A stretch of DNA of 64,000 bases from Octopus vulgaris (lineage: Eukaryota). Numbering within the stretch: the first letter of the stretch is position 1; each line of letters begins with the position of its first letter. The stretch is from contig OX597821.1 of the NCBI GenBank assembly GCA_951406725.2, forward strand, positions 69,874,001 to 69,938,000, written 5' to 3'. Under the pieces are notes generated by a model, which worked only from the letters and a program-made list of their open reading frames with translations, searched no databases and was not told the DNA's origin. The position numbers and the translations under genes are program-made. Shown here one piece after another: positions 11,568 through 25,937 of this stretch.

Positions 11568-13435
11568 CCCGGGGGACCTAAAACTACGACCCATTGTAGC
11601 TGGCCCAACCTGTGAAACACACAGACTAAGTCTATTTATGGACATCCTCCTAAAACCCTTCCTTAAACATATCGATAGCCATATCAGAAATGACTTAGAT
11701 ATGTTAAACCACCTTCCAAAAAAGCCAAGGAAGAAACAATCCTGGTTTCATTTGATGTAGTTAACTTATATACCAGTATACCTCATAATTATGGACTAGA
11801 GGCAATACAGTTCTGGCATGGACCAATTTGCGGAAGAAATACCAAAAGGATCAGTAAAGAATTCATTACTAAATCAATTGAATTCATCCTACATAATAAC
11901 CACTTCATGTTTGACAGTACATTTTACCGTCAAAAATCCGGAATTGCTATGGGTACAAGGGCAGCACCAGTCATTGCGAACCTAACAATGGGCTACATGG
12001 AAATAATCATTTACCAGGAATCTTTATCAATCTTTGGAAACCCCCTTTCTCAATACATAAAAGAGAATTGGAAACGATTCTTAGACGATTGTTTTATACT
12101 CTGGAATGAAAACACAGATAAACTCCTAAAATTTAAAAACCTATTGAACAGCATAAACCCAAATATACAGTTCACAATGGAATACAACCAAAAGGAGCTC
12201 ACGTTCTTAGATATACTAATTAAAAAAATTAACCTTAAAATAGAAACAGACATTTTTTACAAAGCCACAGACGTCAAACAATACCTTCTTTTTAATTCAT
12301 GCCACCCAAGACACACTAAAACAAACATCCCCTTCAACCTTGCAAGAAGGATATGCACAATAGTGTCAGAACAAAATACCAGGAACTTTAGACTGCAAGA
12401 ACTCAAAAACACCCTAATTGACAGACATTACCCAGCTCAACTCATAGAGGATGGGATCAGATGTGCAACAGAAATCAACATAGAAACTTTAAGAAAAGTT
12501 CAACACAACAACACACCTTCCCCGAAAATACTACCTTACATACAACCCCAGAAACAAAGAAGCCTTCACCATCATCACCCAGAATTTACCAATACTTCAT
12601 AAGGACCCCAAATTGAAGGAAATTCTAAACATACACCAAATCATTAAAAGCTACAAACAACCTAAATCACTTAAAAAGATTCTCACAAAGGCAAAATTGT
12701 TTTCTGAAATTATGGATGCAAAAGTAAAAAAATGTGGTAGATCGAACTGTGCAACATGTCCAAACCTGCTAGAAGGATCAGAATTCCTCTTTAAAGAGGG
12801 ACAGAAATTCAAGATCAAATCTAACTTTACTTGTGCCTCTGAAAACATAATTTATGTCATAAAATGCTCGGGCTGCCACCAAGACTACGTGGGATCCACG
12901 GGACTATCACTCAGACGTAGATGCACACTGCATCGACAACAGATTGCATTCCCAGAATACAGAATGATACCTTTCAGTGAGCACATTGAGAAATGCGCAA
13001 AGCAACTACTACCACAATTTTTAATCTTTCCATTTTACCAATGTGCTATCGGATCATCAACACAAATTAGACTAAACAAGGAAACATTCTTCATTGAAAA
13101 GTACAAGCCCAGACTTAACCATTCCAACATACTGATTCAGAGAAATTCACAACAAGGGAAAGGAAAAAATTTTAAGCGATTACACCGGAAGAAATCACTC
13201 ATTACCTCCCCTTATTTAGAACTCTTTTAAACATAAACATAACGGTTACTCTATTCAACATAAACATAACGTCGTAAGAAATTTGAAAAGCTAAACGCGA
13301 AACCGGTCTTTCTTCTAAACTTATGTCATTGTAAGGAAAAAAAATTTTTAATATTCTTCAGACATATTGACGCAAATATATATATTTTTTAACATTTAAG
13401 CCTTCTGTAGTTTTTTCACTTTTTACTATTTTCTA
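11567..13435 (+). mobile_element. Penelope-like retroelement (Neptune-like), 5'-truncated, RT + GIY-YIG, frameshifted
   Basis: RT motifs [56 protein letters not shown]; linker KKCGRSNCATC; endonuclease IIYVIKCSGC..YVGSTG..RRR..LH; (TA)n on both sides; broken frame near 11730, 11820-11850 and 12540-12600. Confidence 0.95.
13276..13314 (+). ncRNA. Minimal type-I hammerhead ribozyme in the Penelope 3' terminal region (U3:A8 core)
   Basis: aagaaa(t) TTGAAAA gc-taaac-gc GAAA CCG GTC tttctt, about 45 nt after the ORF stop, where PLE hammerheads are expected. Confidence 0.7.
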
Positions 13436-13449
13436 TATATATATATATA

Positions 13450-13961
13450 TCTCTATATATAAAACTGTAGTTGTGTGAGTGTCTGTCCCCTTCGATTTAG
13501 ATTCCTAACTACTCCCACATTTTGCGGTGCAGTTTAACCAAATTCGGGTATCTTATAGTCGTGATTCATATCGAGCCCGTCTGAGTATTAGCGCGCGTCT
13601 ACGATGAGTCTACGATTTTAAAAATAATTTAACATCATTTTTTATTCCATTTTAAAGCATAATTTTTCGTGTGTCGATGGCGGCGGAATTGGCGTCCATG
13701 GTCATACCTGCACCTGTTTGCTTCTCCCCCTTCTTCCCTCCCTCGTGAAGCTGTGGGGAAGGGAGTGTAAGGAAATCAACGTCGTAAAGCGTTGTCAAGG
13801 AGACCAGCGTTCTTTTAGAACAACGACTTCATGGCTTGAAGACACCAAAACAGAAATGGCTAAGAAAGCCCGAATTGGCATCTATAAGGGAAGTAACTTT
13901 CTAAAAATGCTTATATAGTTATTTCCCTTACAAACCCGAGCAACGCCGGCGATACTGCTAG
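13450..13961 (+). mobile_element. Non-autonomous Helitron
   Basis: 5' TC(TC)TATATATAAAA; 3' hairpin cccgagcaacgccggc, then CTAG; inserted between A and T with no TSD. Confidence 0.85.
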
Positions 13962-13992
<31 letters not shown>

Positions 13993-14180
13993 GTATATAC
14001 ATACCTTATAACCTTCGAACAGGGGAGGTCAGCCACGTCCCCTTGCGCGTAAGTATGTATGCATGTTGGTAATTAGGTAGGGAATTACGTATTAGTGAAA
14101 TTCTCTGCCGTTTAAAACTAGCCTAAATTCAGCTTACTTATATTATTATATATAGAATTGAATAACTGCTCTCCTCATCT

Positions 14181-14307
<127 letters not shown>

Positions 14308-14309
14308 TG

Positions 14310-14502
14310 TGTACCGTTGGCGATTTTTTTCCTCTGTCTTCCCTTCTCTGGATCTTTCTTCTCCTATGTTTCCGACGAAGAGCTCCGCTCGAAACGTTAA
14401 ATCCTCCTTCTTTCCTTCTTTCCTTAGCGTCCAATAATACTATATTTGTTCCACATCCTCGCGTTGTTGTGTTTTTTTGTGCTTTCTTGTTTGGATTAAA
14501 TT

Positions 14503-14505
<3 letters not shown>
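14310..14505 (+). mobile_element. Short Penelope-terminus-like remnant with hammerhead-like motif (14368-14402)
   Basis: gttt CCGACGA a gagc tcc gctc GAAA CG TT aaat; microsatellite flanks. Confidence 0.55.
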
Positions 14506-14535
<30 letters not shown>

Positions 14536-15027
14536 CTGTCTCTCTTTATATTTATATATATATACGTACATAATAGACACACACACACACACATATGTAT
14601 ATATATATACATATATATATATACACACACACACACATATACATAATAGACATGTGTTTGTGTTGATATGTCTGTATATACATGCAAAAGTATATGAGGT
14701 GTTTAGGTCACTGGTGGTCTAAACGAATAGGTACGCTGTGTAAATGCTATAATTGGTTGTCCATTAGGTTCCAATTTCACACCTGAGCCTGGAACTAGTG
14801 ATCCATACTAGGCTTCCGAGTTAGCAGGTATATATTACAAAACATAGGACTACAAAAACCAAGGCAAGACGAGTCTCTCAAGTCACTTAGAATATTCAAC
14901 TAGTGTAAGGTGAATTTGAAGTAATTAATTAATTCAAATTTACCTTACTCTAATAAAATATTCTGAATGAATTGAGTCACACATCCTGCCTTGGGTTTTG
15001 CTGTCCTTTTTCCTCTAATGTGTGTGT

Positions 15028-15080
<53 letters not shown>

Positions 15081-15886
15081 CTAGCAGCATAGCCCGGCGT
15101 TGCCCGGGTATGTAAGAGCCCCTAGTGGGCAACGACTAATCCCAATCTAGTCCTTTCCCTCTAGGAAACGAAGGCGCATGTGTAGGTTGCAATGTCTTCT
15201 CTTCACTCCCAAATAACTATCAAACAGCTATCGATAATTCAACCCAACCAATTCCTACCAGGAAGAAATTACATTCGAAACTTTACCCCCAACACCGCCA
15301 CTTCTGCTAATAGCTGCTGCAGCCGCAAGTTATTCGAATACTTTTTTTGTTTACACTTTCTTTATAACTACCACCCCAAACGTTTTACCTTAAATTTTCG
15401 ACGTACCCTAAGGGTCCTCGGATGCTACTTGCAAACTCTTGGTTTATCATAAACCGCTTTTGTCGTGTGCACCAAAAAAACCTTTTCCATTCGTTTGTTC
15501 AGTTTGGTCACTTTTGACTTTTTCGTTGTTGTCACTCATATTGCTGCCCGCTTTTTTGCCGTTTTTGTACATTTTTATACATTTTGGGATACTTACCCCA
15601 CGTGTTCCGAGAGTTAAAAAGGTCGAGTTGCGTCCCCTAGACAGTCTGTAGAAAATGTGTTGCATATAAAAAGCTTAGATTCTCGACCCATGTCGAATTT
15701 ATCGATATTTTCAGAACTGGGAGAACTTTTCAAAATTTTCGCTGCGTTAGTTTTGAATTATGACATTGGGCTATGTGTGTATCAAGTTTCATCAGAATCG
15801 GTTGAAAGCTGTGGTCAGGGTGAGGGTACAACCTGACAGACACACAGACACACAGACAGACAAACTGCCGTTTATATATAGAGAGA
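15081..15886 (-). mobile_element. Non-autonomous Helitron
   Basis: Minus strand starts TCTCTCTATATATAAA and ends cccgggcaacgccggg..CTAG inside (TA)n. Confidence 0.85.
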
Positions 15887-16052
15887 TATATATATCAGTC
15901 TCTCTTTGAGGTTCTCTCTATAACTATAGTTCTCTCATTTAAATAGGTATGTACCGATTTATTTTTATAGCTATTTGCGTTTCTCTCTGTCTGTCTGTCT
16001 CTCTCTCTCTCTCTTTCTCTCCTTTTCTCTCCCCTCTCGTTCTCACGCTCAC

Positions 16053-16090
<38 letters not shown>

Positions 16091-16203
16091 GTTTTTCAGA
16101 AGGTATGCCAATAAGTTTGATTATATATAATCACATTTATACGCATGTCAATACGTGCTAATGCTTACACACACACAAATATCTACAGAAACACACGGTC
16201 GTA

Positions 16204-16260
<57 letters not shown>

Positions 16261-16473
16261 GTACACACCAATGTTTCAGTATCTGAGTAAATGTAAAAAC
16301 ATATATGGGTAGAAATGAAACAAATATTTAGAATCTAATTGCCACTTTGATGACAAACTCTGCATTCAGTGTTGGTAATTAAATTGCTTCCAACCGTCTC
16401 TTAGGACAAACATATCTATTAACCTATGATATATATAAAATATACATTGATATGCCTTCAGAGAGGCATATAT

Positions 16474-16532
<59 letters not shown>

Positions 16533-17215
16533 CATACATACATAAACATGTGTGTTTGCCTACATTCATATGACGTATACACAAGTATATAAAGTGTTAT
16601 ATTTCTATAGGAATCTATGAATATATATATATATTCATTTATGTGTATATGTATAATCATATAGTCATATATGTGTATATATATATAATCATATATGTGT
16701 ATATATGTATATGCATATGTATGTGTGTGCGTATACATGCATATATATATAAGTAGATGCATATATATGTATATATATATATTTACATATACACGCACAT
16801 AAGTTTTACTCATAAACAGATATGTTTTTATCATTTGTATTTGTGTAGCTGTTTTTGTTAAGCACACACAAACACAAAAAAGCACGCACACACACATAGA
16901 CAGCTTTGCCCAGGCGGTGGCAGTAAGGTGTAGCAGAAACGTAGAGAAAGTAAAGTGTATAAAATCTTTTCAAGAATGACAGAATGAATGGCTGTCAGGG
17001 AAATATCCATTATAACTTGTTAACAGGCTGTGCTGCAAGTAACACAAGATTGTATGGATATGAAACAATGATGTCAGTTTGACTGAAATGTCCAGAAAAC
17101 ATTTTGGGCATAAAATGTACTCGAGGAGATGAGAAAATGAAAAATCTCAGATGTACAAACACATTTTATAGCTGTTACATACCAGGCATATATAAATGCA
17201 CATACACACGTGTGC

Positions 17216-17264
<49 letters not shown>

Positions 17265-17311
17265 CATCTATCTACCTACCTGTGTCACAGTCTTTCTCTC
17301 TCTGTCTTTCA

Positions 17312-17364
<53 letters not shown>

Positions 17365-17687
17365 CACTATGTACACGCACACATTCATATATATAGGTAC
17401 ACATATTACGTGTATGTGTGTGCCTGTCGTGCGAAAATCCTGTGATATGTACATTTTTGTTTGTTTGTGTGTGTGAGTGTGTGTGTGTATATATATACGT
17501 ATATGTAATATATACTTATACACACACACACACACTTATACCTATACATGTGCAAACACACATATACATATATGCATTTGTATATATTCAGGCATACATA
17601 AATATATATATGTATATGTATATATATTATGTATTTATATACATATATACATATGTACATCAATATCTATATTCATATATATAAATG

Positions 17688-17735
<48 letters not shown>

Positions 17736-17743
17736 ACACACAT

Positions 17744-17782
<39 letters not shown>

Positions 17783-18388
17783 AAAGAATAAAATCGCACG
17801 AAGGAGCTGACAAGTGACAGACGTATGATTGTCAACGGTTGTGCAGTCGAAAAAAAAAAATCAAAGATAAAGTAAAAAGAGATGATAATGATCTCCTCCT
17901 CCTACTACTACTGCTGCTGCTGCTATTATTACTACTACTAATAATAATAGGCAAACCTTGTAAAATGTGATGATAGAAAAAAAATGTCTAACATCTCTGC
18001 AATACGTCATAAAAACATAATGTGATATTAAAGTGGTGATTGTCAACAGCAAGAAAAACACCTTCTTTGACCCCGCAACGGAAAAGTAAATGAATAAAAA
18101 CTTTGAAAGATTTCTGTTTCCCATTTCTGTCTTGCATTTTTATCCACATTTATTTCGATATTTCTTTGCGTGTTTATTTATTGTTGTTGTATGTGTTTTT
18201 TCGTAATGCTTATGGTGCTCTGTTCAACAAAATAATTAATTGTGACAGTCAGGAGGCAAAATGGATGAAACCAATCAAACAAAAATAAAAGGCGAAACAC
18301 ATTAAAAAATAGTGGACATTGAAAGTGTATGTGTACATGTGTATTTATGTGTGGGTGTATGTGTGTGTATACATATATAGAAGTGTTT

Positions 18389-18430
<42 letters not shown>

Positions 18431-18464
18431 CATACAAGACACTTCCGTATACACACAAGACATT

Positions 18465-18497
<33 letters not shown>

Positions 18498-18552
18498 CAT
18501 ACAAGACATTTCCATATATATATATATATATATACACACATACAAGATATTT

Positions 18553-18619
<67 letters not shown>

Positions 18620-18984
18620 TATTTGTATGCTTAGATATACGTCAACATATATATTATAATCTGCATTTGTATACACACATGCGCATGCCCACTCCCTCAC
18701 ACACACACACACACACAATAGTATATGTAATATAAGAGAAAAAAATTGATAAAAGTGAAGGTTTATAAAATAGGTGTCCATGCGGCTCACGTTTAAATGG
18801 TCCTCTTTGACGTTAAATACATAAATGAAATGTGAGATTGAATGTCACGTGTGTTAATATATATATGTGTTTGTTGATGCGCGCGTGCTCCATATATGTT
18901 CGTGTGCAGCTTTATAAGATGGCCATAAAAATATAAATACATGCATGCATACATACACACACACACACGTATATATGTATATAT

Positions 18985-19027
<43 letters not shown>

Positions 19028-19527
19028 AAGTGTGTATGTGTGAAAGTATGTGTGTGTACATATAAAGATACGTTTATATATGTGTGTGTCTGTGTGCATG
19101 AATGCATGTATGTATATATTGACAAATAAGCATGTGTATATTCTTTTATTCTTGAACTTGTTTCAGCCATTGGTCTGCGGCCATACTGGGGCATCTCTTT
19201 GAAATGTTTAGCCGAACCAATCGACCACAACAATTTTTTAAAGTCTGGCATTTGTTGCATCGGGATGGGGGTCGTAAACAAACCAACATCTGTTTTAAAG
19301 TGGTAGGTACAAAGGCACACAAGTACATAGACACACACATACGCAAACATATATACATATATGCAACCAGAGCTTATCTTGATTTGCAGACACAAAACGA
19401 AACTTGTCCAGCAATACCACGTAAATTATAAATATATATACAAGAACATTCTAATGTTTAATACTCGTATATTCTTGTTGACAAATTAATCCCAGTGATT
19501 AAAAAAAAAAACATTCCTTCAACAGTA

Positions 19528-19750
19528 TACTCTTTTACTCTTTTACTTGTTTCAGTCATTTGACTGCGGTCATGCTAGAGCACCGCCTTTAATCGAGCAA
19601 CTCGACCCCGGGACTTATTCTTTTGTAAGCCCAGTACTTATTCTATCGGTCTCTTTTGCCGAACCGCTAAGTAACGGGGACATAAACACACCAGCATCGG
19701 TTGTCAAGCAATGCGAGGGAGACAAACACAGACACAGAAACACACACATG

Positions 19751-19817
<67 letters not shown>

Positions 19818-19979
19818 CATATATCCGACGAGCTTCTTTTCAGTTTCCGCCTACCAAATCCATTCAAAAGGCTTTGGTCGGCCCGGGGCTATAGTAGAAG
19901 ACACTTGCCCACGCAGTGGGACTGAACCCGGAACCATGTGGTTGGTAAACAAGCTACTTACCACACAGCCACTCCTGTG
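19528..19979 (-). mobile_element. tRNA-derived CORE-type SINE family C with internal (TA)n
   Basis: Head aggagtggctgtgtggtaag...gggttcagtccc; close match to the copy at 56736; tail (gtaaaaga)n. Confidence 0.9.
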
Positions 19980-20699
19980 CCAGTTGATCTGCTCATTATC
20001 ACAAGATGCCGAAAAGGCTCTAACATGCATGTAATCTAACTTTTAGAGAATTCTGACGTTAATAAACACGTGGCAATACGTAGAGGTATGTTATGTTAAA
20101 CAAGCGCAACCTAGTTGAGCTTCATTTAGCTTCAGTGCGGTTAGATTTCTACGTGCATTCTTAATTCGAATATTTATATAACTGTGTATATGTAGACGTT
20201 AGACAATAGTCTTGTAATGAGTAACTTGCAAGCAATATGCGTGAACCATTATGCGATTAACTCACACGGATCAAACTCCCTCTTTTGTCTCTGCTGAAAC
20301 TGTAGCTCGAGATCGATTCGGCAAATCTTCTGTAAAATCTGCGTTTTGTGAGGAAAGCTTATAATCATGGAATTATTTTAAAGCAAATTGTTTACAAGCA
20401 GATACAAACCCACACGAACACATATGCATACACACACACGTATCTATATATTTACATTTATGTGTGTGCGTATGTGTGTAGGCGGGAATATAATTGTGTG
20501 TGGGCATTTATGTACATACACATATACATACATAATACTCACGCACAACACATACACACACAAAGATAATTGATTGAATCATAAATTCTAACGTATTCTC
20601 ATGTAATATATCTTTATATACCTCTTAGCTCATACCATTCTTCACCTTCCGATTACTTGCCCCCTTCTCCTCTCTTTTGTAGCTTTAAAACATTCTCTG

Positions 20700-20755
<56 letters not shown>

Positions 20756-20879
20756 CACGTGAGAGATAGAGAGATAGATCTGTCTCACCCCTCTGTTACT
20801 CTGGTACGCTCAATTTTCTTTACTCCATTACCGCTGTTCTCCCCACACAACACACACGCATATATATAAGCCTACGTAC

Positions 20880-20928
20880 ATATATACATTATATATATAT
20901 ATATATATATATATACATACATACATAC

Positions 20929-20966
<38 letters not shown>

Positions 20967-20967
20967 A

Positions 20968-21003
<36 letters not shown>

Positions 21004-21046
21004 TATATACATACATATATATATATACATACATACATATATATAT

Positions 21047-21077
<31 letters not shown>

Positions 21078-21256
21078 CACATACATACATACATATATAT
21101 ATATACATACATATATATATATATATACATACATACATATATATATATATACATGCATACGTATATATATATACATACATACATATATATATATATACAT
21201 ACATACATATATATATATACATACATACATATATATATATACATACATACATATAT

Positions 21257-21335
<79 letters not shown>
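20880..21335. repeat. Compound (TA)n/(TACA)n microsatellite
   Basis: Direct reading. Confidence 0.95.
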
Positions 21336-21559
21336 CGCAGAAAGAAGCGCGCCAACCCTTCGTCTCTGCTACAAGAAATTAAACATCCTTGAACTCTTTT
21401 ATGAATCTAATGATTTGGTGAATGGCTGCCAAAGTATTGTTCTATTCACACAAAGGTCGGATAACTCATCACAGAGATTCGTTTATGAATAACCAATGAG
21501 GTGGCATCGTTTCAGGTTAAAGCTCGAAGGTACCCAATGCCTTTGCCACAACAACCACC

Positions 21560-22445
21560 ACGCAAAACAATACAACTATTACAACAACAACAATCACGAC
21601 GACGACCGCCATATGAATAATGAGAGATAACTATACTGGCAACAGCAACAATAACTACAACAAAAATAAGGACAATGCTATAACAATTTTTATTGTTGTT
21701 GCTCTTATTCTTACCACTATCATTATTATTGTTGTTGTTGTTATTGCTGATGCTTTTGTTGTTGTTGTTGTTATTATTATTATTATTATTGCCGCCATCA
21801 TTATTATTTATGTATTTCGCCTTTATACTATTCTGAATGTCTTGGACCCTTATGGCTAATAAAAGAAAGCATTAATTGTTATTTTGCTGTTGTTGTTGTT
21901 GTTGATCGTCTTCTTACTAATTATTATTATTATTATTATTATTGTTATTATTATTATTATTATTATTGTTATTATACAAGAAACCACTATAATGGGTCCT
22001 TGTAATGTCTCCCCTCGGTCGTTCTAGTGGTAATAAAAGTAACCATTATTATTATTATTATTACGACTACTATTACTACTGTTACAACTCATACTATTAT
22101 TCTTTTTTGTTGTTATTAACATTATTACGGTGGTGGTGGCAGTGGCAGTGGTGGCAGTGGCGGTGGTGGTGTCATCAGTAACAAAAGCAACAATTATCCT
22201 TTCCCGCCAGGCCAAACAAAGATTCAAAACAAGCGTGAAAGAAAAAAAATGGAATTTTACATAATACAGTCTCCCATAACAAATGCATACAAATGAATAA
22301 ATAATAATGGCGATGCAAAATACCATAGGAAGCAACTACAATAACAAGAATAACAAAAAGAGCGACAATATCAATGATAATAATAGTAATAATAATAATA
22401 ATAATAATAATAGCAATAAAGTAAAAGAAATAATTATAAGGATAA
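21560..22445. repeat. Cluster of trinucleotide low-complexity tracts (AAC/TTA/TTG/GGT/AAT)
   Basis: Direct reading. Confidence 0.85.
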
Positions 22446-22805
22446 TGAATTCAATGCTTTTAAGCAATATTTTTAGAAGCTAACAACAAACAGATTATAT
22501 CGAATATAGTTTTGTCGTTGTTTAGTTAGAATTGTTCAACAGCTTAAAAGATAAATGGTGTCACTGGAAGATATTTGAAATTCCAATGTAATATTTGATA
22601 AAATTTAATAAAGGATTATAAAATATGGAAGATAATGTTATCTTATCTCGGTCTTCCTTTTAGAGCTGAGAGTTCATTTTGTTCCCTACCGATCTATGCT
22701 ATTGAGCAATATATATGTATATATAAATATATATGTATAAATATATATATTATGAATGAGGATCGACCAAGGTGTCGAGCTGGCACAGAAATGTTAAGAA
22801 TAAAA

Positions 22806-22859
<54 letters not shown>

Positions 22860-22930
22860 TTCAGTCATTTAACTACGGCCATGGTGGAACACCTATACAT
22901 ATGTATGTTTGTATATATATATATATATAT

Positions 22931-23073
<143 letters not shown>

Positions 23074-23524
23074 CGCGAAAGAAAGATAGGATATATCGAT
23101 CCATGCATACATTATTGATGCGTGAGTATATGAATACGTATAACAATTTAAAGTCTACTCAGTTATATTACTTTTCTTTTATGGTTTACAAACATACATA
23201 AAAATCACAACATGGATATATATGTACACACACACACACATATATATATATGCATAGACACACACCCACACACGCGACATCTCCTACGTATATCCATGAC
23301 TTATTTGAGAGTCAAGCACCCTCTGTCACCGTTGCATTCCACGTCAAACATCAATCTACGAACAGGTTTGCTTAATATATAACATGTCGGCGACAGAAAG
23401 ACGGGAAGACGGAGGGAGAGGAGAGCGACGATTTCGTTCATCTTCTTAACCCCTAAACCCTACTTCGTAAAAGCTTCAAATATTTTCATTCACTCCGTTT
23501 GGATGTGTTTGTGTGTGTGCGTGC

Positions 23525-23832
23525 GCGCATGGCTCAGTTTTTAGAACACCGAGTCCATAATCATGAGTTAGTGAGTTCGATTCTCAAAGTAGGTTGTATG
23601 TCATGTTCTTGAGCAAGGCACTTTATTTCACGTTGTTCCAGTTCACTCAGTTGTAGAAATGAGTTGCAACGTCATCACAGGTGCTAAGCCGCATCGGCCC
23701 CTTTGTCTTTCCCTTGGATAACACTGGTGGCGTGAGGAGGGGAAGCGGATATGCATAGGTGACTGATGGTCTTCCATTAACAACCCTGACTTGTGCCACG
23801 GTGGGGAACTTTCTAGCTGCAATCCCATTGCC
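23525..23832 (+). mobile_element. tRNA-derived SINE family D (diverged)
   Basis: gcgcatggctcag...gagttcgattc; body matches the inverted copy at 24290-24632. Confidence 0.85.
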
Positions 23833-23859
23833 ATATATATTTTTATTTACTTCTTGAAG

Positions 23860-24012
23860 CACCTTCTTTAATCGAGCAAATCCACTCCAGGACTTATTCT
23901 TTGTATGCCTAGTACTTATTCTATCGGTATCTTTTGCCGAACCGCTAAGTTACACACCATCAGTTGTCAAGCGATGGGGGGGGGGGGACAAACACAAACA
24001 TACATACTCACA

Positions 24013-24051
<39 letters not shown>

Positions 24052-24211
24052 GACGGGCTTCTATCAGTTTCCGTCTACCAAATCCACTCACAAGGCTTTA
24101 GTCGGTCCGAGGTCATAGTAGAAGAGACTTGCCCAAGGTGTCACGCAGTGGGACTGAACCCGGAACCATGTGGTTGGTAATCAAGCTACTTACCACACAT
24201 CCACTCCTGCC
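23860..24211 (-). mobile_element. SINE family C
   Basis: Same head and body as 56736-57145; CORE-like gcaagt segment. Confidence 0.88.
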
Positions 24212-24213
24212 GC

Positions 24214-24275
<62 letters not shown>

Positions 24276-24289
24276 GTCTGTATATATAT

Positions 24290-24632
24290 ATGCTGAGACC
24301 CCCTTCAATCATGACTGACCATGAGATTGCTCCTAGAAAGTTACCCTCCCAGGCACAAGTCCGGACAAGGTCGTTTATGGAAGATCAGCTGTCGCCCATG
24401 CATACCGGCCTCCTCTCTCCACGCCACCAGTGTTGTCCAAGGGAAAGACAAAGGGGCCGATACAGCGTGACACCTGTGACATCGCAACTCATTCCTACTG
24501 GTGAGTGAACTGGAGCAGCGTGAAATAAAGTGTCTTGCCCAAGAACACAACACGCAGCCCGGTCAGGGATTCGAACTCACAACCACACGATCGTAAGCTC
24601 GACGCTCTAACCACTGAGCCATGCGTCTTCAC
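24290..24632 (-). mobile_element. tRNA-derived SINE family D
   Basis: A box tggctcagtgg, B box gagttcgaatcc, then gtgttcttgggcaagacacttt. Confidence 0.9.
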
Positions 24633-25261
24633 ACACACACATATATATATATAAGATTAATGGAAAATGGAGACAAACGCTCAATATGTTACTTAAATCT
24701 CGTTTATAACACCATATCTGCGACATAAGTTTCGATGGAGGCTTTTCTCCTCCTTTCTAAGCATACACTGGTCAACACCAATAAAGAACGTGTTTACAGG
24801 TGTTTACTCTTTCAGCTATTTCAAATAGTATCCCTTTACTCAATAATATCTGCAACTTAGACTTTATTCGTATTTCCCTTACCTCCTACTCTCTCCTTCA
24901 TCTTTTCTTTCCGTCCATCATTTATTCTCTATTTGCTTATATCTCCATTTCTCCTTTATTTCTCTTTCTTCTCTTCTTCCCTCGCCCTATGACATCAAAT
25001 TTCTTAACCACAATTTAAAAATTACTAGCGTTCCCTATACTACTTTGCTTTCCATATATGTATATGAATGTATGTGTGCATGCATGTATATGTGTGCACG
25101 CGTGTACATGTATGCATATATATATGCATATGCATGTGTGATTGTGTGTGTATATATATAAAATCTTAGCAAGAATATTTATAGAAAAATTCTTTGTTAA
25201 CAGTGGTCTAGCGAGAAGGAAAAATTTAGTCCATAGACTATACATTATTCAGAAAATAATA

Positions 25262-25386
25262 CAGTGTACATTCAAGCACATAAGAGATAACCAAAAAATA
25301 GGATATCTGACTCAGTTTAACTGCTCTTTCTAGTGAGTCAGATATCTTATTTTTTGATTATCTCTTATGTGTTTGAATGTACACTG
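25262..25386. mobile_element. Tc1/mariner-type MITE, almost entirely TIR
   Basis: TA|CAGTG...CACTG|TA; about 53 bp arms with few mismatches and a 19 bp spacer. Confidence 0.85.
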
Positions 25387-25783
25387 TATTCTGACGGGTA
25401 TGTTCGATTTTTAGTGCTCTCAAATCCAAATCTAAGAAATCTTTGAGCTGACGAAAGAAATGTTGAGTTTTAAATTCAACTAATCCAGAAACGTACGTTC
25501 TCGAGTAATCTTAATGTACATGTGATCTTTTGTTATTTTTCCCTCCATACCTACGTGAATCATTTTTGAGTATACAATGTCTGGGAGATTTTTCTTATAG
25601 TAGAAGAAATAGCTAAGATTTTTTGGCTGCTATTTCTAAAAGTTCAGTGTGTGGTAAAGTAAATTATTTTACTGAACCCTAATTATATAACGTAATGTTT
25701 TAAATATACCTCAAATGGTCCTCTTACATACTGAGCACTACTTGGTAAAATTAATTAATTAATTGATTTTACCCTTTTATTAT

Positions 25784-25833
<50 letters not shown>

Positions 25834-25902
25834 GAAGTAGATAAATGAATTATCTTATTACGGATAATTCAAATGATAACCGATACCTGGGTAGCAAAAA
25901 TC

Positions 25903-25937
<35 letters not shown>

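Noticed and set aside
10519-11760. 413 aa ORF and the many IY/CV/TH/ER-rich ORFs across the window
   Set aside because: Translations of dinucleotide microsatellites that lack stops; only the last ~60 codons here are real (Penelope RT)
24555-24632. tRNA gene-like sequence (also 7300-7367 and 56736-56810)
   Set aside because: A and B boxes run on into multicopy SINE bodies; these are SINE heads, not tRNA genes
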